Position numbers and translations under genes: made by a program
Shown: piece by piece, positions 45,058 to 53,154 of the stretch
Position numbering within the stretch: the stretch's first letter is position 1
How the letters are laid out: each line of letters begins with the position of its first letter
Origin: Vicinamibacterales bacterium
Lineage (GTDB): Bacteria; Acidobacteriota; Vicinamibacteria; Vicinamibacterales; UBA8438
Assembly (NCBI GenBank): GCA_965263195.1
Contig: OZ253664.1
Location: 3,253,045-3,317,044, forward strand
Direction of reading: 5' to 3'
Length of the DNA stretch: 64,000 nucleotides
The notes under the pieces: generated by a model
What the model was told of the DNA's origin: nothing
The model's database searches: none
The model's input: the letters and a program-made list of their open reading frames with translations, nothing else

Positions 45058-45233
45058 CTAGGAGCCCGTGGTGAAACCCCGCGTCGCACAGAGAGCGGCC
45101 GTATCAATGCCGCGTCCGGCCAGTACAAGGCGTGAGGAGCGAGCATATTCCCAATATGTGAGCGACGAGCAACGCAGCTCAGGCGGGATGCATCGCGGTC
45201 GCATGCAGCGGGGGTTTCACCACGGGCTCCTAG
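45058..45233. mobile_element. MITE-like non-coding element (176 bp) with perfect 23-bp terminal inverted repeats
   Basis: CTAGGAGCCCGTGGTGAAACCCC (45058-45080) is the exact reverse complement of 45211-45233. The arms are 130 bp apart. The ends sit in CTAG, like the IS5 element at 16.6 kb. Confidence 0.5.
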
Positions 45234-45251
45234 AGCGTGGCGGCGGCTCGT

Positions 45252-45548
45252 TCAAGCGGGTGGGCGCTGGACGAACTGAAGCTTTACGCCGCAGGCGGCG
45301 GCAATCTTGGTCACGGTTCCCAGCCGGGGATCTCTATTGCCTGAGAGGCCGCGCGAGAGACCGACACGATCGATGTCGGCGCGACGTGCGATCACGGACA
45401 CGCCCCCCAGGGCCTCCGCGACGTTTCTGAACGCCTTCATGACCAATCGAGGGTCGCCGTCGGCGTCGTCGATCGCGGCGTTCAGATACGCGGCGATGTC
45501 TTCCGGCGTGTTCAGGTATTCGCTGGCCCTATGGGCTCTGACTGGCAT
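45252..45548 (-). CDS. HigA-family addiction-module antidote protein
   Basis: ATG at 45548. ..SEYLNTPEDIAAYLNAAIDDADGDPRLVMKAFRNVAEALGGVSVIARRADIDRVGLSRGLSGNRDPRLGTVTKIAAACGVKL matches the antidote family pattern. Confidence 0.75.
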   Translation of the reverse strand: MPVRAHRASEYLNTPEDIAAYLNAAIDDADGDPRLVMKAFRNVAEALGGVSVIARRADIDRVGLSRGLSGNRDPRLGTVTKIAAACGVKLQFVQRPPA

Positions 45549-45629
45549 GACGTTTCTCCCGGGTGTACGCCCTCCAAGAAGCCTGCGCTGCGGCAATGTC
45601 TCTGGCTTGACGTTTCTTCGTGCCGCCAG

Positions 45630-45710
45630 TTAGGAGGACGACGAGGTCCGAAACCACGTGTCAAAGGCGTCCGCACCGTCTTCCGAGACGTAGCGAACGA
45701 TCCTGATCAC
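45630..45710 (-). pseudogene. Decayed N-terminal stub of the cognate RelE/HigB-like killer gene
   Basis: GTG at 45710 opens VIRIVRYVSEDGADAFDTWFRTSSSS-stop. The ..Y.sedG..aF..Wf.. part resembles the start of addiction-module killer proteins. The remaining ~80 nt before the antidote gene do not continue the family in frame. Confidence 0.4.
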
Positions 45711-45742
45711 GATGAAGTGTAGCCAATTGGCTACACTTCATC
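45711..45742. promoter_or_regulatory. 32-bp perfect palindrome, probable operator of the HigBA-like module
   Basis: GATGAAGTGTAGCCAATTGGCTACACTTCATC is exactly self-complementary. It abuts the toxin-stub start codon. Confidence 0.45.
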
Positions 45743-45920
45743 AAGTCTGGTCGCTGGCCGGTGTCACGACGTCGGCTGACCGGCGCCGCGGTCTCCGCCG
45801 TGCGGCGCGCGCATAGCGCGGAAGCAATATGCTGGACAGCAGGGGGGAAGCTACTCCGGTCGCGCGCGGCACGCACGCCCTGCCGGCCGCCGCGGTCCGC
45901 GCTGAGGGGGGCGCCATCTG

Positions 45921-46643
45921 ATGCACCGGCTGCTGAGGATCGAGTGGGATGCCATCGCCGGCGTCGTGGCCGCCATCGCCGCGATCGTCCTGCATTTCCT
46001 CCACGTCATCGACACCGAAGTGTTGGCGGTCATCACGCTCGTGTTGATCGCCGCGATGTTCCTCAGACTGCTCAGGTCGGAGCACGGACAACGCAGGGTC
46101 GCGGCCGGCGTGGAGCGCGGCGAGCGCCTACTGGGTCAACTTGTGCGGGGCACGAAGCCGCCGGACGTGCTCGTCATCGGTCCGCGAGAGATAGGCGCAG
46201 CGAGCACAGAATTCTCGCGCGGGGCGGCCGGCGAGATGGTGTGGTTCAACGTCTGCCTGTCGATGTTCGAGCGGCAGCCGCTCTTCGACGCGCTGCTGCG
46301 GCCGGCCATCGAGAATCCGGCCGTGACCGCCGTCACCTTCGTTCTGGACGAGCGGCAGCGCGAACGATGGGACCGCGACGTCTGGCCGAAGGTGGCGGCT
46401 TGCGGTGGCGCCGGCAAGGTCGCTCCGCCGCACTGGTGCAAGCTGCAAGAGGACGTCTCGTTCATTCTGGCGGACAGGCTGGCTACCGGAACCCCGGAGT
46501 GCCTGCTCAGCTTTTGGGGCGAACCATTCATGTCACGGCACGTTGGCCGCGACGTGCCGCGCTACATCTTCCACGTGACCGGGCACTCGGAGCTGGTCGA
46601 GCGCCTCGCGGACGTCGACCGCGAGCACCGGCTGTCGCGATAA
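45921..46643 (+). CDS. Hypothetical membrane protein
   Basis: 240-aa ORF. Two N-terminal hydrophobic helices (AIAGVVAAIAAIVLHFLHV, VLAVITLVLIAAMFLRLL). No motif recognised. Confidence 0.5.
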   Translation: MHRLLRIEWDAIAGVVAAIAAIVLHFLHVIDTEVLAVITLVLIAAMFLRLLRSEHGQRRVAAGVERGERLLGQLVRGTKPPDVLVIGPREIGAASTEFSRGAAGEMVWFNVCLSMFERQPLFDALLRPAIENPAVTAVTFVLDERQRERWDRDVWPKVAACGGAGKVAPPHWCKLQEDVSFILADRLATGTPECLLSFWGEPFMSRHVGRDVPRYIFHVTGHSELVERLADVDREHRLSR

Positions 46644-46873
46644 GAGCGGGGCGCGCCGCCGTTTCGCAACGCCGACCAGCTTGTTCCAGCCGCGCACATC
46701 ACCGCTGCGGACCACGCGGAAAAACCTGCTCTTCGCTCCGCAGGAAAACCTACTAACCGCGCAACTCGATAACCTGCTAAACGTACAGCGCTACGCCCTG
46801 GAAGCAGCGCCGTGTCGCGATCAGGTTCCGCGACAAGACGGCCGGGAGCGGCGCGCGTGAACCGCTCTACTTG

Positions 46874-47614
46874 CTAGCGGTAGAGCACGGTCTTGAAGCG
46901 CCGGAGCAGGAACGCGATCAAGACCGACTGGTACGCCAGGCCGATGAGAAAGTAGAGCCACACGCGCGGCTCGCCGGCTTCCAGCATCCAGAACAGCTTG
47001 AGCGGCCAGTACAGCGGGTCGAGTCCGAACGCTACCTGCCAGTCCGAGGTGACGAACCAGGCGAGTACGGGCGGCCACGCCAACACGCCCACAGCCTTCA
47101 GCAGGGCGAATCCCTGCACCTTGTTCGCTGCGAACGTGCCGACGAAGAGCGCATAGAGCGGCGCCGTGGGAGCGGCCTGGACGGCGGCGGCGAGCGCCGG
47201 GAGGAACCCCATCTCCACCAGATCCGCGATCGCGATGCTCGCCATCATCACCGGTACGCTCACCAGGATCGGGACCGCAATGCGGTAGGTCAGATAGCCC
47301 TCGACGGTGAGCGGCGTGACCTGCAGCGCGTTGAGCGTGCGATCGTCCCGTTGATCGAGAAGCAGGAACCCGACGACCGAGCCCATGAGCGTCGGGACCA
47401 TCAGGACGAGGAAGCTGGTCAGCAGCGGGTAGTACGGGATCAGGTCGAACGCGTATCGCTCGGCGAGCACTTCGCGGACGACGGGGACGCCCCAGCGGAA
47501 AGCCAGGGCGATGACGATCGGCATGCCGATCAGCCAGCGCAGCATGCTGTCCCGGGCGACGCTCTTGACGTCGATCGGACCGAGCGCCCGGACCACGGCG
47601 GTCGCCGTCGGCAT
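46874..47614 (-). CDS. ABC-2-type exporter permease
   Basis: ATG at 47614 overlaps the upstream stop (ATGA). Multi-pass hydrophobic protein downstream of an ABC ATPase gene. Confidence 0.65.
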   Translation of the reverse strand: MPTATAVVRALGPIDVKSVARDSMLRWLIGMPIVIALAFRWGVPVVREVLAERYAFDLIPYYPLLTSFLVLMVPTLMGSVVGFLLLDQRDDRTLNALQVTPLTVEGYLTYRIAVPILVSVPVMMASIAIADLVEMGFLPALAAAVQAAPTAPLYALFVGTFAANKVQGFALLKAVGVLAWPPVLAWFVTSDWQVAFGLDPLYWPLKLFWMLEAGEPRVWLYFLIGLAYQSVLIAFLLRRFKTVLYR

Positions 47615-48318
47615 CAGTGGCCCGCCTCCCGCTCGACGATGAAACGGTCGAACGCCCGCCTGCCGGCGAGCAGCAGCAGCCCGGCCCAGGCGACGGAGTA
47701 GAGCACGCCGTAGGCCCACTGCCACGGGGGCATCGGCCCGAACGCCCCGGCCAGCAGCACGAGCGGCGCCGTGAACGGATGGAGATAGAGGACCCCGCTG
47801 TCCCAGAGGCCGAAGTAGTGAAGCATCGGGAGCGAGAGCACGGCCGTGAAGAGGACGGAGGGAAACAGGAACTCGTTGATCGACCGATAGCGGGCGACGA
47901 GCAGAAATCCGGCCAGGGTGTACAGAACCGCCGCCAGCACGATGCCGCCGATCAACGGGCCTGCCGCGAAGCCGCCGCCGTGCGCCGACCAGACGATGAT
48001 GAGCTGCTCGACCAGCGAGAGTGCAGCCAGCGTCACCGCCTTCGAGGCCAGATACTCCCAGTCGGCGAGCGGTGTCACCACCTGGGCTTCGAGCGTCCCC
48101 TCGCTCTTCTCGAGCAATACGAGGCCGGCCACGAAGTAGAAGTTGACCATGACCAGGTTGCCGAACACGAAGGCGGGCAGCACGTAGCCCCAGTCGATCT
48201 CGGGGAGGCGGGTGAGCAGGACCAACCAGCAGACCAGCACGAACGCCACGGCGTAGTAGAAGCCGTTCCGCATCTGGAGCCGGAGATCCAGGCGAATGGT
48301 CGCGGCCAGCCTGTGCAT
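47614..48318 (-). CDS. ABC-2-type exporter permease
   Basis: ATG at 48318 (MHRLAATIRLDLRLQMRNGFYY..). Six predicted hydrophobic helices. Starts 4 nt after the ATPase stop. Confidence 0.65.
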   Translation of the reverse strand: MHRLAATIRLDLRLQMRNGFYYAVAFVLVCWLVLLTRLPEIDWGYVLPAFVFGNLVMVNFYFVAGLVLLEKSEGTLEAQVVTPLADWEYLASKAVTLAALSLVEQLIIVWSAHGGGFAAGPLIGGIVLAAVLYTLAGFLLVARYRSINEFLFPSVLFTAVLSLPMLHYFGLWDSGVLYLHPFTAPLVLLAGAFGPMPPWQWAYGVLYSVAWAGLLLLAGRRAFDRFIVEREAGH

Positions 48319-48322
48319 CGGT

Positions 48323-49252
48323 TCACTGCAGGCTGTAGCCCGTGACGCGGATGAAGACGTCCTCGAGGGTTGCCTCCTGGGTGTGGAGCGTATGGACGTC
48401 GCCGTCCCGCAGCAGGGCCAGGAAGTCGGCGTTCGCACCGAGACCGTCGAGGGGGAACTCCCGGCGCCCGGGCCGACCGTCGAGGTCGTACTCCATCACG
48501 ATCGACCGCGCGCCGTGGGCGAGCTTCAGATCGTGCGGCGAGTCGACGAGCCGGATCTCCCCGCCGACGATGAAGGCCACGCGGTCGCACAGCTCGTCGG
48601 CCACCGTCATGTCGTGCGTCGTCAGGAACACGGTGCGCCCGGCCTGCTTCTGCTCGCGGATGATGCCCTTGATGCGCCGCGCGTTGCCGGGGTCGAGCCC
48701 CACCGTCGGCTCGTCCAGGAAGATCAGCCGCGGGTCGTTGAGCAGGGCGCGCGCCACGCCGAGCCGCGTCTTCATCCCCTTGGAGTACTGCGAGACGAGA
48801 CGCTCGCCGTCGGCGGCCAGTCCCACCATCTCGAGCAGCGCTTCCGGCCGGCGGGTCTCCCCGCGATACAGCGCGCGGAAGTAGCTCAGGTTCTCCACGC
48901 CGGTCAGCCGGAGATAGTGGTTCGGCAGCTCGAACGAAACGCCGATCTGCTCGTAGTAGTCGGCGCCCCAGGCGGCCAGGTCCCGGCCCAGCACGGAGAC
49001 GGAGCCGCGGTAGCGCGGCAGCAGCCCGGTCAGCACCTTCTGGGTGGTGGACTTGCCCGCGCCGCTCGGTCCGAGAAACCCGAATACCTCGCCGGAGTCG
49101 ATGCGGAACGACAGGTTTCTGACCGCCGGGCTCTTCGCCGCCGCGTACGTGAATTCGAGCCCGCCGACTTCGACGACCGCTGTTGGTCCCGTGGTTGTCG
49201 ACCCTTCATGAAACGGCGACCGGCTGGTCGAAGACGAGCTATTTCGCGGCAT
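48323..49252 (-). CDS. ABC transporter ATP-binding protein
   Basis: Walker A GPSGAGKST, signature YSKGMKTRL, Walker B LIFLDEPTVGLD. The start is taken at ATG 49252. Confidence 0.85.
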   Translation of the reverse strand: MPRNSSSSTSRSPFHEGSTTTGPTAVVEVGGLEFTYAAAKSPAVRNLSFRIDSGEVFGFLGPSGAGKSTTQKVLTGLLPRYRGSVSVLGRDLAAWGADYYEQIGVSFELPNHYLRLTGVENLSYFRALYRGETRRPEALLEMVGLAADGERLVSQYSKGMKTRLGVARALLNDPRLIFLDEPTVGLDPGNARRIKGIIREQKQAGRTVFLTTHDMTVADELCDRVAFIVGGEIRLVDSPHDLKLAHGARSIVMEYDLDGRPGRREFPLDGLGANADFLALLRDGDVHTLHTQEATLEDVFIRVTGYSLQ

Positions 49253-49466
49253 CCTGCGCGGCGGCGAGTGCGGCGCCGTTACGAACAACCGAAGGGAGAT
49301 GGCGCATGCGGTACCCCCACGAAACGCCCGAGTTGCTCGCCCATTCTGGCACACTCGCGGCGAACCGGAACGCCGCGCTCAGACGGAGGCGGGGAAGGGT
49401 GACGATAGCAAGGAAAATCCTTGCAATGTCAGGAGCGGTATCCCGGAACCAACCGAGGTGAGCTCC

Positions 49467-49685
49467 ATGATCATCAGCAAGCTGACTTCCAAGGCCCAGA
49501 CCACCATCCCGCAGCCGGTCCGCGCGGCGCTCGGTCTGCAGCCCGGGGACGAGATCCTGTACGAGATCGACGATGGGCGAGTGACGCTCGCCAAGGCGCG
49601 GCGACAGATCATGACGGACGACCCGTTCCGCACATTCGAAGAATGGCGCTCGGAAGCGGATACCAAGGCCTATGCCGACCTTTGA
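49467..49685 (+). CDS. AbrB/MazE/SpoVT-family antitoxin
   Basis: MIISKLTSKAQTTIPQPVRAALGLQPGDEILYEIDDGRVTL is a swapped-hairpin SpoVT/AbrB motif. Overlaps the toxin gene by 14 nt. Confidence 0.8.
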   Translation: MIISKLTSKAQTTIPQPVRAALGLQPGDEILYEIDDGRVTLAKARRQIMTDDPFRTFEEWRSEADTKAYADL

Positions 49686-49965
49686 CCAAGGTGACGTGAT
49701 CAAGGTGCCGTTCCCGTACACGGATGGCGCAACGCGTCAGTCACGACCCGCCCTGGTGGTTTCGACGGCACGACTCGAGGAGCTGCACGGCTTGTTGTGG
49801 GTCGTCATGATTACCAGCGCCGAGAACCGCGGCTGGCCCGACGATGTACCGGTCGCCAACCCGAAGATGGCGGGCCTGCCCGTCCCATCTCTCATCCGCT
49901 GCGCCAAGATTGTGACGATCGACGCGTCTCACGCCTCGAAGCTGGGGCGGGTGCCGGCGGCCTGA
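49672..49965 (+). CDS. MazF/PemK-family toxin (mRNA interferase)
   Basis: ..GDVIKVPFPYTDGATRQSRPALVVS......WVVMITS......VPSLIRCAKIVTID is a PemK-like pattern. Confidence 0.8.
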   Translation: MPTFDQGDVIKVPFPYTDGATRQSRPALVVSTARLEELHGLLWVVMITSAENRGWPDDVPVANPKMAGLPVPSLIRCAKIVTIDASHASKLGRVPAA

Positions 49966-50139
49966 TCGTCGTGGTCGGCCTGTTCGTCGGGTCCGTCGCG
50001 CGCGAAGCGGCATCCGCGGCCGGATAGCGGCGTTCACGAGGACGACCGTCGTCGTCGCCACCCCCGACGCACAGGCGCACGTGCCCGGCCGGATGTTCAG
50101 CGACCAGGTCACGGAGCTGCCGGCCGCGGAGGAGTGAGT

Positions 50140-50853
50140 ATGGAGGTCGACCGCATTCTCGCGGACGCCTTCCTTGCCGGTCACCCGGCCGAGGCGGCGC
50201 GCGAAATCGAATGCCATCCGCTGTCGGCAGCCGCCGCGAGCGTGGTGCTGCGGCGCGTCAACGCGGACTTGCGCGGCTTGATTCTGGAGCGCAGGCAGCC
50301 GGGCCCGGCCGCCCGCATCCGCATGCGGCTGCAGTATCCAGCCGGTACCGCCGGCGCACTGCTGGATCCGGCCGTACTGACCGCGCCGCCGGACCTGACC
50401 GTCGCTGATGCGCTGCAACGCCTGGGGCGTGCCGACCTGCGGGCCCATTCGTATCTCTTCGTCGTGGATGCGGATGGCGTCCTGGCCGGCGTCATCGGTC
50501 TCGGCGAGTTGCTGAATGCGGCGCGGGACGCGCGCGTGGGTGCGATTGCCCGACGGGAATTCGAAGTGATGCATGCAAGCGCCGGTCGCGATGCCATCCT
50601 GACGCATCCTGCGTGGCGCGACCTGCAGACGCCGCCGGTCGTCGACGCCTCCGGCCGCTTGCTCGGTGTCATGCGGTACGCGATGGTACGCACGCTCGCG
50701 GCGGAGTCGTCGCAGCCGCTCGGGACGACCGTCGCCGCCGCGGCGCTCGAATTCGGCGAGCTGGCCTGCGAGGCCGGCAGCGACGTGGCAGGTGAGCTGG
50801 CCGGCGCGTTCGCCGCGCACGCGGGCGCCGGGAAGGAGCCTGCCGGCAATTGA
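50140..50853 (+). CDS. CBS-pair protein related to the MgtE cytosolic region, no membrane domain
   Basis: ATG at 50140 after GGAGGAG. CBS-like segments ..TVADALQRL....YLFVVDADGVLAGVIGLGELL.. and ..PVVDASGRLLGVMRY... Confidence 0.6.
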   Translation: MEVDRILADAFLAGHPAEAAREIECHPLSAAAASVVLRRVNADLRGLILERRQPGPAARIRMRLQYPAGTAGALLDPAVLTAPPDLTVADALQRLGRADLRAHSYLFVVDADGVLAGVIGLGELLNAARDARVGAIARREFEVMHASAGRDAILTHPAWRDLQTPPVVDASGRLLGVMRYAMVRTLAAESSQPLGTTVAAAALEFGELACEAGSDVAGELAGAFAAHAGAGKEPAGN

Positions 50854-51509
50854 CGGACGCGGCAGCGGTACGCGCGGCGCTGGCTGGTGACTACGTTCGG
50901 CGCCACGCCGACGAGGTGGCCGTACTCCTGGAGGATTGGAGCACCGGCGAAGGCGCCGGGATGCTGGAACGCGCGCCGCTGGCTTCGGCGTCGCCGGTCT
51001 TTGCGGCGCTTACGCCTGGCCTCGCCGCCGGTGTCATGTACGGGTTGTCCGACGACCGGTCCGCCGGGCTGCTGCGCGCCCTCGATCCCGCGCAGGCCGC
51101 TGTCGTGTGCTCTCGGCTGGCGCCTGGCAGTCTGCAGCGGTTGCTCGGCGAGTTGACGCAGGCCGAGGCCCGCGAGCTGCGCGAGTTGATGGTGTACCCG
51201 CCGAATTCCGCCGCGGCCCTCATGACGGCGCGCGTGGAGACGTTTCGGCCCGATACCCCCGCGGGCCGGATACTGGAGCGCCTGCGCGCCGCTCGCGCCG
51301 AGGGCGTAACCGAGGTGGCCCTGGTAGGCGCCGGCGGACAGTTGGTCGGGGTGGCCGCCGTGGCGGCGCTGGCGGCGGCAGAGCCGGCGACGCCGGCGGC
51401 GCAGCTCGTCCACCGGGAGCACGTGGCCGTGCACGCCATGGCGCCGCGCGAGGTGCGGCTGCGGCACTGGCGCCGAGGGTTCCGCCGCCCTTGCGTTTTG
51501 TCAATATAA
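50850..51509 (+). CDS. MgtE_N-like plus CBS protein, no membrane domain
   Basis: TTG start overlaps the previous stop. A helical repeat region (..AGVMYGLSDDRSAGLLRALDPAQAAVVCSRL..) is followed by ..MTARVETFRPDTPAGRILERLR... Confidence 0.55.
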   Translation: MTDAAAVRAALAGDYVRRHADEVAVLLEDWSTGEGAGMLERAPLASASPVFAALTPGLAAGVMYGLSDDRSAGLLRALDPAQAAVVCSRLAPGSLQRLLGELTQAEARELRELMVYPPNSAAALMTARVETFRPDTPAGRILERLRAARAEGVTEVALVGAGGQLVGVAAVAALAAAEPATPAAQLVHREHVAVHAMAPREVRLRHWRRGFRRPCVLSI

Positions 51510-51548
51510 AGACTAAATTTCTGACAAGAGCTACGTAAGGAAACCACC

Positions 51549-52145
51549 GTGCCCAGCCTGTCGAGCCGCATCGTGCAGAACGCCTCGACCCTTCCCGAGG
51601 CGGCGCCGTTGTGTCCGAGCGCCCTGCTCCATCTGGGAAGCCGGACGGCGGTCGATCAGGCGCTGTCCAGGCTCGCCCGCTCCGGGCAGCTCATGCGGAT
51701 CTGCCACGGCGTCTACATGCGGCCCGTCAAGACCCGCTTCGGCCCCTGCGCGCCCTCGGTCGACAAAGCGATTGCGGCACTCTCGAGGTTGTGGGGCGAG
51801 ACCATCGTCCCCTGCGGCGGGGCCGCCGCCAACGTTCTCGGCCTCACCACCCAGAACCCGGTGCGGCCCGTCTATCTGACTTCCGGTCCCAATCGCCGGC
51901 TGCACTTCCAGGCATTGACCGTGCAATTGCGCCATGCCCCGCGCTGGCAACTGGCGGCGGCGCACCGCAGGGCCGGCGATGTCATCCGCGCTCTCGCCTG
52001 GCTCGGTCCGCGGGAAGTCGAAGTCGGCCTCGAAGCGGTCATGCCCAGGCTGTCTGCCGAGGACCTCGACGAGCTCGCCGCCGCGCGCGCAACCATGCCG
52101 CTATGGATGGCGGAACCCCTGAGTGCGCTGATCGCGGATGGTTGA
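51549..52145 (+). CDS. AbiEi/DUF6088-family type IV antitoxin
   Basis: ..ALSRLARSGQLMRICHGVYMRP.. and ..AANVLGLTTQNP... GTG start. The stop overlaps the AbiEii start by 8 nt. Confidence 0.7.
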   Translation: MPSLSSRIVQNASTLPEAAPLCPSALLHLGSRTAVDQALSRLARSGQLMRICHGVYMRPVKTRFGPCAPSVDKAIAALSRLWGETIVPCGGAAANVLGLTTQNPVRPVYLTSGPNRRLHFQALTVQLRHAPRWQLAAAHRRAGDVIRALAWLGPREVEVGLEAVMPRLSAEDLDELAAARATMPLWMAEPLSALIADG

Positions 52146-53154
52146 CGCCGCGTTCCAGGACCTTTCGGCGGAAGACAAACGCTATGCGCTGAGGACCGCC
52201 CAGGGACTGAGCGGCCGCAGAGCGCATCTGCTGGAAAAGGACATCCGGGTCGTCCAGACGCTGGGCGTCCTGTTCGAAGCACCCTTCGGGAGTGACTTGG
52301 TGTTCAAGGGCGGTACGTCCCTGTCGAAGGGGTACCAGGTGATCCGCCGCTTCTCGGAGAACGTCGACATTACCTACGACATTCGCGCCTTCGTGCCGGA
52401 TCTGGCCGCTGCAGCCGGCGAGGAGGCGCTGCCTTCCACACGCAGCCAGGAGCAGCACTGGTCGAAGGTCATTCGGATGCGGCTCGCGACATGGGTCCGC
52501 GAACGGGCTCGGCCGATAGTCGCAGAGGGTCTCGGCCGCGCTGGCTGCGCCGCGCGGGTCCGGGCCGACCAGCAGCGGCTCCATATCGACTACGATCCCC
52601 TGCTCGGCGGCTACGGCTTCGTCAGACCCGAGGTGATGGTGGAATTCGGTGCGCGCTCGACGGGAGAGCCTCGCGAACTTCGACCGGTCATGTGCGATGC
52701 GGCGGCCTGCCTGCCGGACCTGACGTTTCCGGCGGCCCGTCCGTCCGTCATGCTGGCCGCGCGCACGTTTTGGGAGAAGGCCACAGCCGTGCATGTATAT
52801 TGCCGGCAGGAGCGTCGCAAGGGCGAGCGCCTGTCGAGGCATTGGCACGATCTGGTCCGGCTGGACGACGCCAACATCGCAGCAACAGCGTTGGCGGACC
52901 GCGCCCTCGCACGTTCGGTCGCGCGTCACAAGGCGATGTTCTTTCCGGAGAAGGACACCGCCGGGATCCGGATCGACTATGAAGCGGCGGTTTCCGGCCG
53001 CCTGCAACTGGTGCCCAGCGGTCCCGCGCGCGATGTGCTTGCAGACGATTACAACCGGATGCTCGGCGACGGCATGCTGCCGGCCGACGAGGAGCCGTTC
53101 GACGATCTCATCGAACGATGCTCCGAGATCGAGGCTAGAGCCAACAATGTCTGA
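52138..53154 (+). CDS. abiEii: AbiEii/AbiGii-family nucleotidyltransferase toxin
   Basis: LVFKGGTSLSKGYQVIRRFSENVDITYD is the characteristic NTase motif of this family. Confidence 0.85.
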   Translation: MVDAAFQDLSAEDKRYALRTAQGLSGRRAHLLEKDIRVVQTLGVLFEAPFGSDLVFKGGTSLSKGYQVIRRFSENVDITYDIRAFVPDLAAAAGEEALPSTRSQEQHWSKVIRMRLATWVRERARPIVAEGLGRAGCAARVRADQQRLHIDYDPLLGGYGFVRPEVMVEFGARSTGEPRELRPVMCDAAACLPDLTFPAARPSVMLAARTFWEKATAVHVYCRQERRKGERLSRHWHDLVRLDDANIAATALADRALARSVARHKAMFFPEKDTAGIRIDYEAAVSGRLQLVPSGPARDVLADDYNRMLGDGMLPADEEPFDDLIERCSEIEARANNV

